A DNA stretch of 33,006 nucleotides from Octopus bimaculoides (GCF_001194135.2 NC_068985.1:95071519-95104524); one strand, 5' to 3'. Shown: positions 11,289 to 23,525, counted from the stretch's first letter. Translations and numbers: made by a program. The notes: generated by a model not told the origin, from the letters alone.

Positions 11289-12387
11289 CAATATGAAATA
11301 AAGCTGAAGCAAGGTAACACCAAGTTGTATAATGCGTGTGTTTTGATTGACTAAGCTGGCAACATGACCGTCCCCAAATACAACAATATCTGTTTCAACA
11401 CACGAACTCACATCAAGAATCTTGCGAAACGAATATGTATATATATATTTATATCTGAATGTATATACATAGACAGACAGACATGTGTGTTTGTATTTGT
11501 GTGTTTGAGTGTGTGTGTCTGTGAGTGTCTGGCGGGAAATTTTGATTTTTCCCTTGCGAATCTGCTTTTAGCTCTTGCCGTATTCTAGTTTTAATTATTT
11601 GGTAACATAATGTTTGTTGAAGTGGAAATTCTTATGAACCTGTTAAGCATAGTAAATCACTGCATAAGGTAAGCATTGTCAGTGACTTTTGGTTCGAAAT
11701 ACTGATGATTGGCAAAATCTTCCATATATCAGAATAACAATTTTATTAGACTTCACATGACATGTATGATTGAACACATATCCCTTATGTAAATGAATAT
11801 ACGCTTAGATAAAGTCTATAATTTATTTGATATTATTTGGTTATTTTAAGAAATAAATCGTGAAATTAGAAATTCTATTTTAATATAGGAATAAAATGTG
11901 CAATCTACATAATTCTATCCACAGTTTACAAATTTATATTAAAATCATTTCATGAGTTCCACATATTAACGCAATTTTTGGCTTATCTACCAATTCCTAT
12001 TATGATCTGTAGATTACATTCAAATAGAAAGAGAAATAGCGAATTACATGATTGCACGATTGCAGATAACGTAAACTTTTTCATCCATAAAATAAAATCG
12101 ATGTTTCAAAAGTGATATTGCCTTTCGTAACACACAAGCAAAATATTTATAAATATAAGAAATGAATGAATAATCCCAATGAAATACATATTGCATGCGT
12201 AGGAGTTTTCGTTTTGATTTATTGTACTCTAGTGTTATATGGATATTAGACGTTGCAGTAGCATTGATTGGAGTCCTTTCGGAATGATGATGACGAGTAG
12301 TAGAATTATTAAAATACTTAAAGCATGACCTGCCAACGCCAAGCAGTCTAGTGTGTTGAAGTATAATTTTTGCAAACATTTTCGTGG

Positions 12388-12388
12388 A

Positions 12389-12455
<67 letters not shown>

Positions 12456-12456
12456 A

Positions 12457-12503
<47 letters not shown>

Positions 12504-12504
12504 A

Positions 12505-12536
<32 letters not shown>

Positions 12537-12707
12537 CATCCATCCATCCACCCAAATCTACCTACCTACCTAACTACCTACCTACCTACCTACCTACCTA
12601 CCTACCTACCTACCTACCTACCTACCTACCAACCTACCTATCCATCCAGCCATTTATCCATCCATCCAACCATCCATCCATCCATCCATCCATCCATCCA
12701 TCCATCC
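12388..12707. repeat. Compound tetranucleotide satellite (TCTA)n-(TCCA)n-(CCTA)n-(TCCA)n
   Basis: Direct reading. The + strand is almost free of G. Confidence 0.95.
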
Positions 12708-13096
12708 AAATGCTAAAAAATCTGCTGGCTTACTACGTTAATGAGAGAACGAAACATCTATATGCTAGAAGAGCAGAACAAATATTATGAGAAAATGCTT
12801 GAACATAACAAAACTAAAAACAATTGTAACTTTAAATATCGCAGTTTAAATATAGTCTCATCATTATTGGCTGGAATTTAGGAAAATATATTAAAATTCC
12901 TAGCTTAACTATGACTTTTTAATAACAGTTTGATATAAATTGAATAAGGAAAAAAGAAGGCTATTAAAATCTAGGTGATCGACCAGTAACTATTTAAATA
13001 GCAATGGATATACACTGGTATTAACAACGTGTACATTACTGATATAACAACAAGACCGATATATTAAAGTTAATTTCAAGACGCTATGTAAATAAT

Positions 13097-13126
13097 TACT
13101 CCGTTACCATATATGGTAACGGAGTA
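13097..13126. repeat. Perfect 30-bp palindrome TACTCCGTTACCATATATGGTAACGGAGTA
   Basis: The sequence equals its own reverse complement (checked base by base). Confidence 0.95.
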
Positions 13127-13492
13127 TGATGTAAATACCGAATGAAGGAATTTAATCAAAACGGAATTATTCTGTAATTTAAGAATGGGAACATAAAATG
13201 ACATAATTACTCCCTGAAATGTAATGTCCTCCTCATGTTCAGCTAGATCCGCCTATGATTTTCTCATTTAGAGTATCTTGAGTATCAAAATTACGTATAT
13301 ATATATTTTAACATTTGTTTGAAGAATACAGTAGCATGTTCTGCAGTGTCTAAGATATTTGAAATATTTATGTAAACAAACGACAGAATTGTGTCACAGC
13401 CATTATGCCATTTTCCTCTTTCGAAAACCTCTTATCTTTATGTATATATATATATATAGATAGATAGATATAATATGATGGTTTGTTGCCAC

Positions 13493-13592
13493 NNNNNNNN
13501 NNNNNNNNNNNNNNNNNNNNNNNNNNNNNNNNNNNNNNNNNNNNNNNNNNNNNNNNNNNNNNNNNNNNNNNNNNNNNNNNNNNNNNNNNNNN
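13493..13592. other. Assembly gap (100 N)
   Basis: Run of N at the head of a family A SINE. Confidence 1.
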
Positions 13593-13870
13593 GGCAAGTG
13601 TCTTCTACTATAACCTCAGACTGACCAAAGCCTTGTGAGTGGAGTTGGTAGATGGAAACTGAAAAATGGATGTATGTATATGTTTGTGTCTGGGTTTGTC
13701 CCACCAACATCGCCTGATAACCGATGCTGGTGTGTTTACGTCCCTGTTCGGCAAAAGGGACCGATAGAATTGGCTTACAAAGACTAAGTCCTATGGTCGA
13801 TTTGCTCGACTAAATGTGGTGCCCCAGCATGGCCACAGTCAAATGCCTGAAACAAGTAAAACAAAGAATA
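13593..13870 (+). mobile_element. SINE family A copy (head in gap)
   Basis: GGCAAGTGTCTTCTACTATAACCTCAGACTGACCAAAGCCTTGTGAGTGG...CCAGCATGGCCACAGTCAAATGCCTGAAACAAGTAAAA is colinear with 8271-8682. Confidence 0.9.
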
Positions 13871-14006
13871 TCAACTTGCAATGTTCCTCTGTAAGTATGG
13901 GAAAAGTATATATGCGATTTCTGAGGAGACTATGTGCTGCATTGACTGAATGTATCGATGTAACTGTTTGAATTTCTCTATATAAATCTCCAGATAAATG
14001 CTTTAA

Positions 14007-14023
14007 TACACACACACACACGC

Positions 14024-14118
<95 letters not shown>

Positions 14119-14133
14119 ACACACACACACACG
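14007..14133. repeat. Long (CA)n microsatellite
   Basis: Direct reading. Confidence 0.97.
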
Positions 14134-15138
14134 CATATATTTACAGGCACCGTCTCATAGATAAATATATAAAAATTATATAAACAGTCGAATACGGTTA
14201 TATAATATACAGTAAATAATCTTGATTTATGTAAATAGTCTCTCCTTTTAGATGGCCTGTTATCTCGCTCTCTCTCTCATAATTCATCTATCTATCAATC
14301 AATCAATCAATCTATCTATCTACATATATATATACACACACACAGAGATATCTGTTTGTATATATACCTACATACACACACGCAAACACACAGACACACA
14401 CGCAAAAACACACACACATGTATACACAGACGCGCACGTACGCATGCACATGCACGGACACATACTGTGAGTCAGAAGGAAAGAGCGATTGGTGCCTAGA
14501 TACAAGGATATATTCATATAAATCCACTTCACAAATTATGAGATAACTTCAATCGAAACTTCATACATATATCTTATTTCCATCAAATATCCCTCATATA
14601 TCCACGAAATGCTTCGTTCAGCAATTTCCCCCGATGTCTATTATATGTTTCCTGAATAGCAGCTATAACTTCTTTCATTTAAATCAAACTGAGTGGAGAT
14701 TTTGTCTCTCAGTCCCTCACGCAGTCTTCTTCCATCTGTTTTTCTTCGTCACTCTTGTTCCCTCTCTTTCAAAAGCTTACAAATGCTCTTCCTGTATCAA
14801 CAATACCCATCTTCATTGAAATGAAATGCTTACGCCGTGGCTAATAAATACAATTACAAATTGATCCCTGTATGTGTGTTCTCATATGTTTTGAAAATGT
14901 CATATATGACGTACGTTAGAGTAACACAGGTATGTCTTCCTTGGTGATTTATCGAAGCATTCGAACTATATGCCTGTGCTCGTCCGCCAGTGTGCATGAA
15001 TTCATTTATATTATTTTCATCCTTATGTATATTAAAATTTTCCCTGCATATATGTATATATAAGTGTGTGTGTGTGTGTGCGCGCTTGTGCTTGTGTGTG
15101 TATTTATATATGTATATGGATATATATATATATATATA

Positions 15139-15902
15139 NNNNNNNNNNNNNNNNNNNNNNNNNNNNNNNNNNNNNNNNNNNNNNNNNNNNNNNNNNNNNN
15201 NNNNNNNNNNNNNNNNNNNNNNNNNNNNNNNNNNNNNNNNNNNNNNNNNNNNNNNNNNNNNNNNNNNNNNNNNNNNNNNNNNNNNNNNNNNNNNNNNNNN
15301 NNNNNNNNNNNNNNNNNNNNNNNNNNNNNNNNNNNNNNNNNNNNNNNNNNNNNNNNNNNNNNNNNNNNNNNNNNNNNNNNNNNNNNNNNNNNNNNNNNNN
15401 NNNNNNNNNNNNNNNNNNNNNNNNNNNNNNNNNNNNNNNNNNNNNNNNNNNNNNNNNNNNNNNNNNNNNNNNNNNNNNNNNNNNNNNNNNNNNNNNNNNN
15501 NNNNNNNNNNNNNNNNNNNNNNNNNNNNNNNNNNNNNNNNNNNNNNNNNNNNNNNNNNNNNNNNNNNNNNNNNNNNNNNNNNNNNNNNNNNNNNNNNNNN
15601 NNNNNNNNNNNNNNNNNNNNNNNNNNNNNNNNNNNNNNNNNNNNNNNNNNNNNNNNNNNNNNNNNNNNNNNNNNNNNNNNNNNNNNNNNNNNNNNNNNNN
15701 NNNNNNNNNNNNNNNNNNNNNNNNNNNNNNNNNNNNNNNNNNNNNNNNNNNNNNNNNNNNNNNNNNNNNNNNNNNNNNNNNNNNNNNNNNNNNNNNNNNN
15801 NNNNNNNNNNNNNNNNNNNNNNNNNNNNNNNNNNNNNNNNNNNNNNNNNNNNNNNNNNNNNNNNNNNNNNNNNNNNNNNNNNNNNNNNNNNNNNNNNNNN
15901 NN
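15139..15902. other. Assembly gap (764 N) flanked by (TA)n
   Basis: Run of N. Confidence 1.
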
Positions 15903-16301
15903 ATATATATATATATACTTATATATAAGTGATGTTTCTAATCAGAGCTCTTTGAGTACATTGTCAAAACTGCATCGCAAGCAATTCCATATTTTTATAC
16001 TATATTATGTAGCTAAAAGTTTTTCGCTGTATAAGCAGCGGAGGAATGTTTGTTACAGAAAGAAGCCGGAGGACAATATTTAAGCCATAAAACAAGTAAC
16101 CACTTTCGATTAAGAGAGAAGAAACTTTAAATTATTTCCACATCAATAAAAAATGTTTTCGCATCAAATCTACTGGAATGTATAGCCCTAAAGTCGCAGC
16201 TTTTCTCAAGTGATTGCATTTAAGAAAAAGTATGATTCGATAGTTTTCCTGCAAATTGTTATACACATTTCTTTCGTAGGCGCTCCTAATGGCTACTATA
16301 A

Positions 16302-16521
16302 TAATCCTTTCTGGTATAGGCACAAGGCCTGATTTTTTTTGTGGTGGGGTGGTGACAAGTCGAGCACATTCACCCAAGAGTTTTACTGGTACTTAACGTA
16401 TCGACCCTGAGAGAATGAAAGCACAATCAATCTCGGTGGAACTTGAACATACTCCGTAAATATGGGCGAAATACCAGGAATAGTATTGCCCGGCGTGCTA
16501 GCGGTTCTGCCAGGTCGCTAC
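16302..16521 (-). mobile_element. SINE family B, full-length copy with probable 17-bp target-site duplication
   Basis: Head GGTAGCGACCTGGCAGAACCGCTAGCACGCCGGGC to tail GGCCTTGTGCCTATACCAGAAAGGATTAT (reverse complement). Flanks CCTAATGGCTACTATAA (16285-16301) and CTTAATGGCAACTCTAA (16522-16538) match at 14/17. Confidence 0.88.
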
Positions 16522-16538
16522 CTTAATGGCAACTCTAA

Positions 16539-16735
16539 CAATCCTTTTAACTGTAGGCACAAGGCCTGAATTCTGTGGTGTGGGAGACAGTCGATCTCAT
16601 TGACTCCAGTATATGCAACTGGTAATTATTTGTCGACCCCGAAAAGATGAAGGTCAAAGTTGACTTAGACGGAATTTGAACTCAGAACGTAACGGCAGGT
16701 GAAATAACGCCATTTTGCCCGGCGTGTGAACGATT
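16539..16735 (-). mobile_element. SINE family B copy with truncated head fused to a GGGCAATAAAGAAATA tail
   Basis: GTCGACCCCGAAAAGATGAAGGTCAAAGTTGACTTAGACGGAATTTGAACTCAGAACGTAACGGCAG...GCCCGGCGTG is the reverse complement of the family B body. Confidence 0.88.
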
Positions 16736-16753
16736 TTTATTTCTTTATTGCCC

Positions 16754-16784
16754 GCTGCCCTAACCATTGGGCCATTGCGTCTCC
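16754..16784 (-). mobile_element. Isolated 5' head fragment of SINE family C
   Basis: Reverse complement GGAGACGCAATGGCCCAATGGTTAGGGCAGC versus GGAGGCGCAATGGCCCAGTGTTTAGTGCAGC at 22920-22890. Confidence 0.7.
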
Positions 16785-19700
16785 ACAGGGCGGGGAGAGG
16801 ATAAATAATCGACGGTGTCAATATGCAACATTAGCTAGTAGGCGTGTCTTGCATATATTCACTCATGCGGCAAGGTTTGATGAAATATATGTCATAGATT
16901 TAATTGCCATTACGTTAGAGCGTTAGCTCTTGTACAATGGCATTAGAATCACTCATCGCATGTTCACTGGATTGTATATTATATCTAAACGTTATTTCAA
17001 AATAGGTAACACATTGGAATTCCCACAAATAAACGTTATAATTTTCTGAGAATTAAAAGCATAAATGCGAAGCATTTATCAAAGAGAATTATTTAGATTT
17101 TTATATTAGTTGAATCAGAGGTACCATTGCGCTTCTATGTTTGGAAAAAATAAAAAAAACAAACAAACAAACAAACAAAAAATCATGTTGGGAATAGCAA
17201 TAATAACACGAAGTTAGATAGGCCGATAAACTGCAGGTAATGTTTGCTCAATGAAAAGCAATGATTTAACATTGGCGCAAGCACAGAAAATCATTGAAAT
17301 GAATGGCGTTGATTATCCATGGGATTTCTGTCTGAGAAACAAATAATTTGATTAGCAAAACGTAAATGAATCCATATAAACATAATCTATTTTATGTAGT
17401 GGTATAATTACACCACCCAGCTTTACATTAATTTTAAAATGTCAAAATTAATCAATTAGCATGATTATAGAAACGGTTTTGAAAATCGGGCATACAAGTA
17501 ATATCCAAAACACTCGAGAAATGCTAACTCTTTAAATTGATATTTACTTTGAGGATAAGACATAGTACAGAGTCTGGGAATAGATACATCGTATATCATA
17601 TTATATACTATTTAATTTAAATCCTTTAAACCGAAGGGTGACTAACAAAACATATTCGAAACAATTGCTGCTTCGTAGAAGGAGTGATATGAAATGAAGG
17701 AATGATATCGTTTAATTTTCATGGCAAACCATTAAGAACATACACTTACAAACATGTTTCCTTTCGAACAATTTCTACTATATTACAGTGAAAGATATCT
17801 TTATGGCATGTCATAGCAATGACAATATATCCGTGCTGTACATATATCCAGCTACGATTTGGCAATTTCACTTTAACCACTTTGGTTTATCAATTTTTCA
17901 TTATGCTTTCGCATTTCTTTTTACTGATTAACATATTTGATAGAATTGCGAGGAGATTTTGTTTACTTTAATTGTATTTCATTTTGCTTCAAGTCACCTT
18001 GTATAATGTTTACTGAAGAAGCCAATATAGCATCCATGTTTCAGATAAGGCGATGTATAACTAAATTTTAGGTAAAGCGAGGCTTTAGCATGATTATAAT
18101 AAGCTTGAAGCGTTACTGCCAACATGGATTAATAGTTAAATGTACAATAATAACAATTTCTCGCCTAAAAATATGGCTAATCTCAACGAATTTCTTTTCA
18201 GTAAGATTGAAATGTGATCCTATAATATACACATGTTTTCTAAAGCAATTCTAGAACAATTTCAACACAAGTGCAATTTATTCATGAAGGAACATGTATA
18301 TACTACATTAACTTATCGCATACATATCCAAATACAGTCTCACATATTTAATATGTGTAGGACACACACAGATACACATTTACTATATATATGTATGTAT
18401 CTATGTATGCATGTGTGTATGCATGTATATATGTATTTACGTATATATATATGCGCGAAAGTGTTGTAAATTAGACCCAGAGGTTTCAGGTAATGCTGAG
18501 TAAGTGCTGTGGATAGACCATAGTTAAGCTCCAGGTTCGGTGATTACGTGAATAAGGGGTCCAACGTAGGTCATATATCAGAGTGTGAATACAAGGATTT
18601 CGTAATGAGATAAAAAACTAAAGCTGTGTATAATATAGAGCATTTATACAGCTGTTTCCAGAATATTTATTATATCCCTTCATCGGAGACGGTGTGAGAG
18701 GATGGTGAAGCAATAGTTAGTTTACATAAGATAGGAAATATTTCCCGCCCATATTCCATCTGTTTATAGAGTTTATTTTGAAAACACAGTTTTTTGATAC
18801 TGAAACCATGATTTTCAGACGTTAATGTTAAACCCGTATTAGCTGTGATAAAGTAAATATACGGTCAAATTCTTTCATTCCTCGACCATTATGTCTCTTC
18901 AGAGTTTCATAATCGAAATTTCCTTTCATTTAATACGGCTGCGTTGTATTAGGTATTTCTGGCCGCCTTTTCTGGAAAGCTGATCAACGCTACAAACATT
19001 TCTCATTTGAAATTGATATGGTAACTACAATATAATCGGTAATAAAATACAACTACATATCATATTGGTAAAACTCTGAAGCATTAAAGGCAATGTACTT
19101 CGTAATATTTGATTTACTTAGGCTTTATATCTGTCCAGATATCTGTCAATATATCTGTCCATTCACCGCACGAACGCCACAAACTAAACCATTACGTCTC
19201 CAATCTTATTCGATCAGTTTTAATAAATAGTTACCTTGGGTTCTTGTAGATCTCTCTCGAAATCTATATATTGTGTCCGTTGTAATATACTTCTTGGGAT
19301 TGGTAAAATGTCAACAATACATTTTTAACCGATAACCCAATAAATTATGTTCTGTATCCATGAACCAATATACTGCCATCACGAAGTGAGGTAGGATTTT
19401 ATTCTCTTACCGAAGAATTGTGCTGGTCATTTCTATGTTTATCTGAAAACGACCTCTACTAAAATCAGCAGCGTATTGTGTATTTGCAATAAACTAGACA
19501 ATAGATTCTGTGTACCGCACTAAAAAAATCCTAACGGCCCATCCTAAAGAGGTTGCCAGGCCATTTTCGTATACTAAATTTCGCGTTTGTATTAGTTCGT
19601 AAGCTCACCGATCCGAGATTGGTAGAAAAAAACCCCAAACCACAGTTATCTAGAATCGATCCCAAAAGCTCTTGGTTGCAAACCATAGCGCTGAACGAAG

Positions 19701-19910
19701 GAGCCATGCCTTCAGTCATTTGCACCGTATTTTATCATTAAATCAACGTTGATACATTGTCATGCATTCAAATCAGTGCAGCGAGAAGCTCTATGTGTTC
19801 CGCTACATCTAAATTGTTACGAGTATAAATAATTTAAAATATGAAATGTAATTATAGTACCAGATTATTGGTATCGAGTGCAACATTCTACTATGCTTAT
19901 TCATACTATC

Positions 19911-20290
19911 GTGGCATTCCGTCGGTTACTACGACGAGGGTTCCAGTTGATCTCATCAGCGGGACAACTTGCTCGTGAAATTAACTTGCAAGTGGCTGAG
20001 TACTCCGCAGACACGTGTACTCTTAACGTAATTCTCGAGGAGATTTAGTGTGACACAGAGTGTGACAAGACTGACCCTTTGAATTACAGGTACAACAGAA
20101 ACACGACGAAAGAGTGAGAGAAAGTTGAGGTGAAACAGTACAAGAGTGTTCACCACCACTCCTTGCCGTAACTTTGTGGAGCTTTATGTGTATTCGTTCA
20201 ATAAACACTCACAACGCCCGGTCTGGGAATCGGAACCGCGGTCCTACGACCGCGTGTCCACTGCTCTAACCACTGGGGCATTGCACATCG
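19911..20290 (-). mobile_element. SINE family C, full length (tRNA-Arg-like head; probably an octopus OR-type SINE)
   Basis: Reverse-complement head CAATGCCCCAGTGGTTAGAGCAGTGGACACGCGGTCGTAGGACCGCGGTTCCGATTCCCAGACCGG carries A and B boxes. Colinear over its full length with 22545-22920. Confidence 0.92.
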
Positions 20291-20673
20291 ACATCCACGC
20301 TATATATTGAAGGCATAATTTTCCTTTGCTTCCAGTTAAATGGTGTCTGGGGAGTACAACAAACACGATGTATTAAAGTTTAAATAAATATGTAATATTT
20401 TTAATGATATCTACAATTGCTTGGCGGCGCAGACAATACAGGATGAAAAATGCAAGGCAGCTCACTCACTCTAGATGTAGTATGAATTTACGTTGTGACG
20501 GCATTAATGAAATTGTTTCAAATGAATTGCTTGTCTTAAAAGACTTTGGCATCATCGAAATTGTTTATTTTGAAATATTGATTTCCTATCAATACTTCAA
20601 TAAAAGGAATCGAATCTTCGTAAAGAAGAAACAAAAATTTAATTCTGAGAGACAGAAAGAGAATGAGGGAGAT

Positions 20674-20676
<3 letters not shown>

Positions 20677-20710
<34 letters not shown>

Positions 20711-20727
20711 GAAAAAGAGAGAGAGAT
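20677..20727. repeat. (GA)n microsatellite
   Basis: Direct reading. Confidence 0.93.
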
Positions 20728-22544
20728 GTCGCACACCTTTTGTGAATCAAAGTTAAATTAATATAAGTCAGATGCAAAACTGATTGAACGGGACATTAAA
20801 AGAAATCGTACTCACAACTGAAAGTAGTTGAATCCATTGCACTATAAATCCGGTGATTTTAAATGTCCTACGCTACGAGCAATAATGGAATGTGAATCTT
20901 TGACGTAACTGTCCTTGAAGCATTAACAAAGATTTCCACGTAGCTTTTATAAGGAAGTAAGTTATAATTGGTTATAGCACCCACAAATCAACTTGATCTC
21001 GTTAGCTAGAACATTGCAGTTACATATGCTGATGCTGCTACAAGTATCCTTACGATATGATATCAATCCAAGGCTTGGCAGAATGCTCTAATTGATACAA
21101 ACATTTGCTGTACGGCGATACAGCCTCGTACTCAGAACAAAAACGAAAAGCTGTCATTTAGGCTTGCTGCCTGATACGTTTTCGATAGGAATGTCAGCGC
21201 CTGCACGTAGGGTAATTATCAGAATTTATATAATTATTCATTTCATGAAATGTATTGGATAAATGTCATATACACACATTGATTTGATCCAAACTCACAC
21301 AATGTATAAAGATGCAAAACCAATGGCTTTTGAAATTATAACGAAAGTGATTTTGGTTTTAAATACTCACAGCAAGTAATCGGTTCATGACGTACACTAA
21401 CCCGTGAGAGGTGTTTAGCTGGAGCAAGTTACATCAAATTCTAATTAAAACTTAGGGAATTATAAACAGCAACATTGTCAGTCAAGTTAATTAATCTCTG
21501 AGAGAAAAATTGTAACAATGCAGTCCATTTTACGTTGCATGAACTTACCCTTATTCAACGCCATCTAGTTTAGGAAATATCTTTAACACAGATCGTAGGT
21601 GATCTCATTAAAATTTGTTTGAAGTCTGCCGCATGTAACACTTGAAATTTTCAATTAATATGTTTTGTTCAATACACCTGCATAAATATGACCAAAGATG
21701 ATCATATTGTTTGGATTAATATATTAAATTATTTACTGGTTGCACCGTTGACAGCGCACGTACTTACGCATAATATAACTATTATATGAAAAACTACATT
21801 TTAAACTTGTTTGATAATACTCTTCAACTTTGGCATATGTAGCTGTAGTTAAATGCTTCAATTAATTATTTGGGTAATTATCTACCGTTAATTAATTGCT
21901 TAAACGAAAATAAAGGAAAAATTAATGCATTTATTATTCACATACAAATTTACTTTTCATTATATGTTGTACATGGTAAACGCAACTGATTTTCTATAAG
22001 AATCTGCTAAGTTATTCTCCACAATGACATACAATGATATGTTATTCTTAAGAGCATATATTTCAAATCACCCACGAAATGCATTAATTTGTTCAATACC
22101 ATTGATCTCATCATCTTTGAGCTACTTCAAAATTAAAGCCGAAAATTCGCTCAACAACGACGACTTACATATGTTTTGCAGCCTCTTTCTTAACATTTTC
22201 CTTCTATCCACAGTTAACATTCGAAATTATTCACAGTATTTCTCATCCATCATCTCAAGGTTCCAAACAATACCTATCATCACTAGCTTTGTTTTAAAAT
22301 CTGTATGTTATTTAAAACAAAGAACAAAAGAACAAAAGAACAAAACAAAACAGAAATGCAGTGTGTGTAAACATCAACGTATCTCGTCACTAAATTTTAT
22401 GCAATCAACTACGATCTACTTCGTTCTTTGCACCAAGGAATCAATGTCCACATAAGCAGTGCAACAATTCATCTACTATTTTCTATTGTCTTCAAATATC
22501 GATTTCAAGTATATTCTATATATATTATACAGATAACTATAGTC

Positions 22545-22920
22545 GTGGAACTCCGTCGGTTACGACGACGAGGGTTCCAGTTGATCCGATCAGCGAAACA
22601 GCCTTCTCGTGGAATTAACCTGCAAGTAGCTGAGAATTTCACAGACATGTGTACCCTTAACGTAGTTTTCGGGGAGATTCAGGGCAGAGTGTGCGACAAG
22701 GCTGTCACTTTGAAATACAGGTACAACAGAAACATGAAGAAAGGGTGAAAGAAAGTTGAGGTGAAAGAGTACAGCAGGGTTTCCCACCACCCTCTGCCGG
22801 AGCCTCGTGGTGCTTTAGGCGTTATCGCCCAATGACATTCCTCACACCCGGTCTGGGAATCGAAATCGCGATCCTACGAAGGCGAGTCCGCTGCACTAAA
22901 CACTGGGCCATTGCGCCTCC
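22545..22920 (-). mobile_element. SINE family C, full length
   Basis: Reverse-complement head GGAGGCGCAATGGCCCAGTGTTTAGTGCAGCGGACTCGCCTTCGTAGGATCGCGATTTCGATTCCCAGACCGG; tail GGATCAACTGGAACCCTCGTCGTCGTAACCGACGGAGTTCCAC. Confidence 0.93.
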
Positions 22921-23525
22921 ACTAATTCCAGTACGATCCGGCTGTCAATCAATATTATGTACTTTCAAGCGATTGTACATCCCTACACAGACATTAAATG
23001 TAGTTATTTAATAGCTTACGTGCTACACTACTCAGCCATTGGCTCTACATTGAATCAAATTTTGACTAGTTTCATTCAGTTCTCAACTAGAAGCTGTAGG
23101 AACGAAAACCGTACTTTCGGTTTTCCATGGTACAGAATCTTTGATTGCAGAACAAAAGTAGAGATATAGTCGAGGAGGAGTGTGCAGAATATTGGCAGCA
23201 TTCTGATTGGCTAAGTGTAGTGGATTGATATCACAATTTCATGGAGAGGTCAGAAAATTGCCTGAGTAGTATAGAAGAGTAGTGCTAATGCTCACAAGGT
23301 CTTCCATGGAATACAGGCAGGACATGTTCTCTTGGAAAGTCAATTGGCAAAAGCCAATTTATTTCTTGTTTTATTCTTGCTGATTTCTCTCCATCACAAT
23401 ACAAACATAGCTACAGTTTTCACTTCCCATTGTTCGTAATGTGTACTGTCAACATGTCTATTGACATAGAATCTAAAAGTGTTTAACAATAAGTGCCACA
23501 GGAATTAATTATCAACACCCTCATA

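Noticed and set aside
12353-12790. 145-aa ORF of IYLS/TYLP/HPSI repeats
   Set aside because: This is the translation of the tetranucleotide satellite.
19419-19725. Several small candidate exons on either strand (for example - strand QELLGSILDNCGLGFFSTNLGS|GTGAGC)
   Set aside because: The frames and strands are mutually inconsistent, no homology is recognised, and no coherent gene model can be built.
19911-22920. tRNA-like sequences at 20215-20290 and 22845-22920, and ORFs overlapping family C copies
   Set aside because: These are SINE heads followed by a shared non-tRNA body. I could not fold a complete cloverleaf, and the ORFs are not conserved between the two copies.
23151-23228. Possible + strand exon after TTTGATTGCAG: NKSRDIVEEECAEYWQHSDWLSVVD*
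   Set aside because: No good donor before the stop and no recognised homology.
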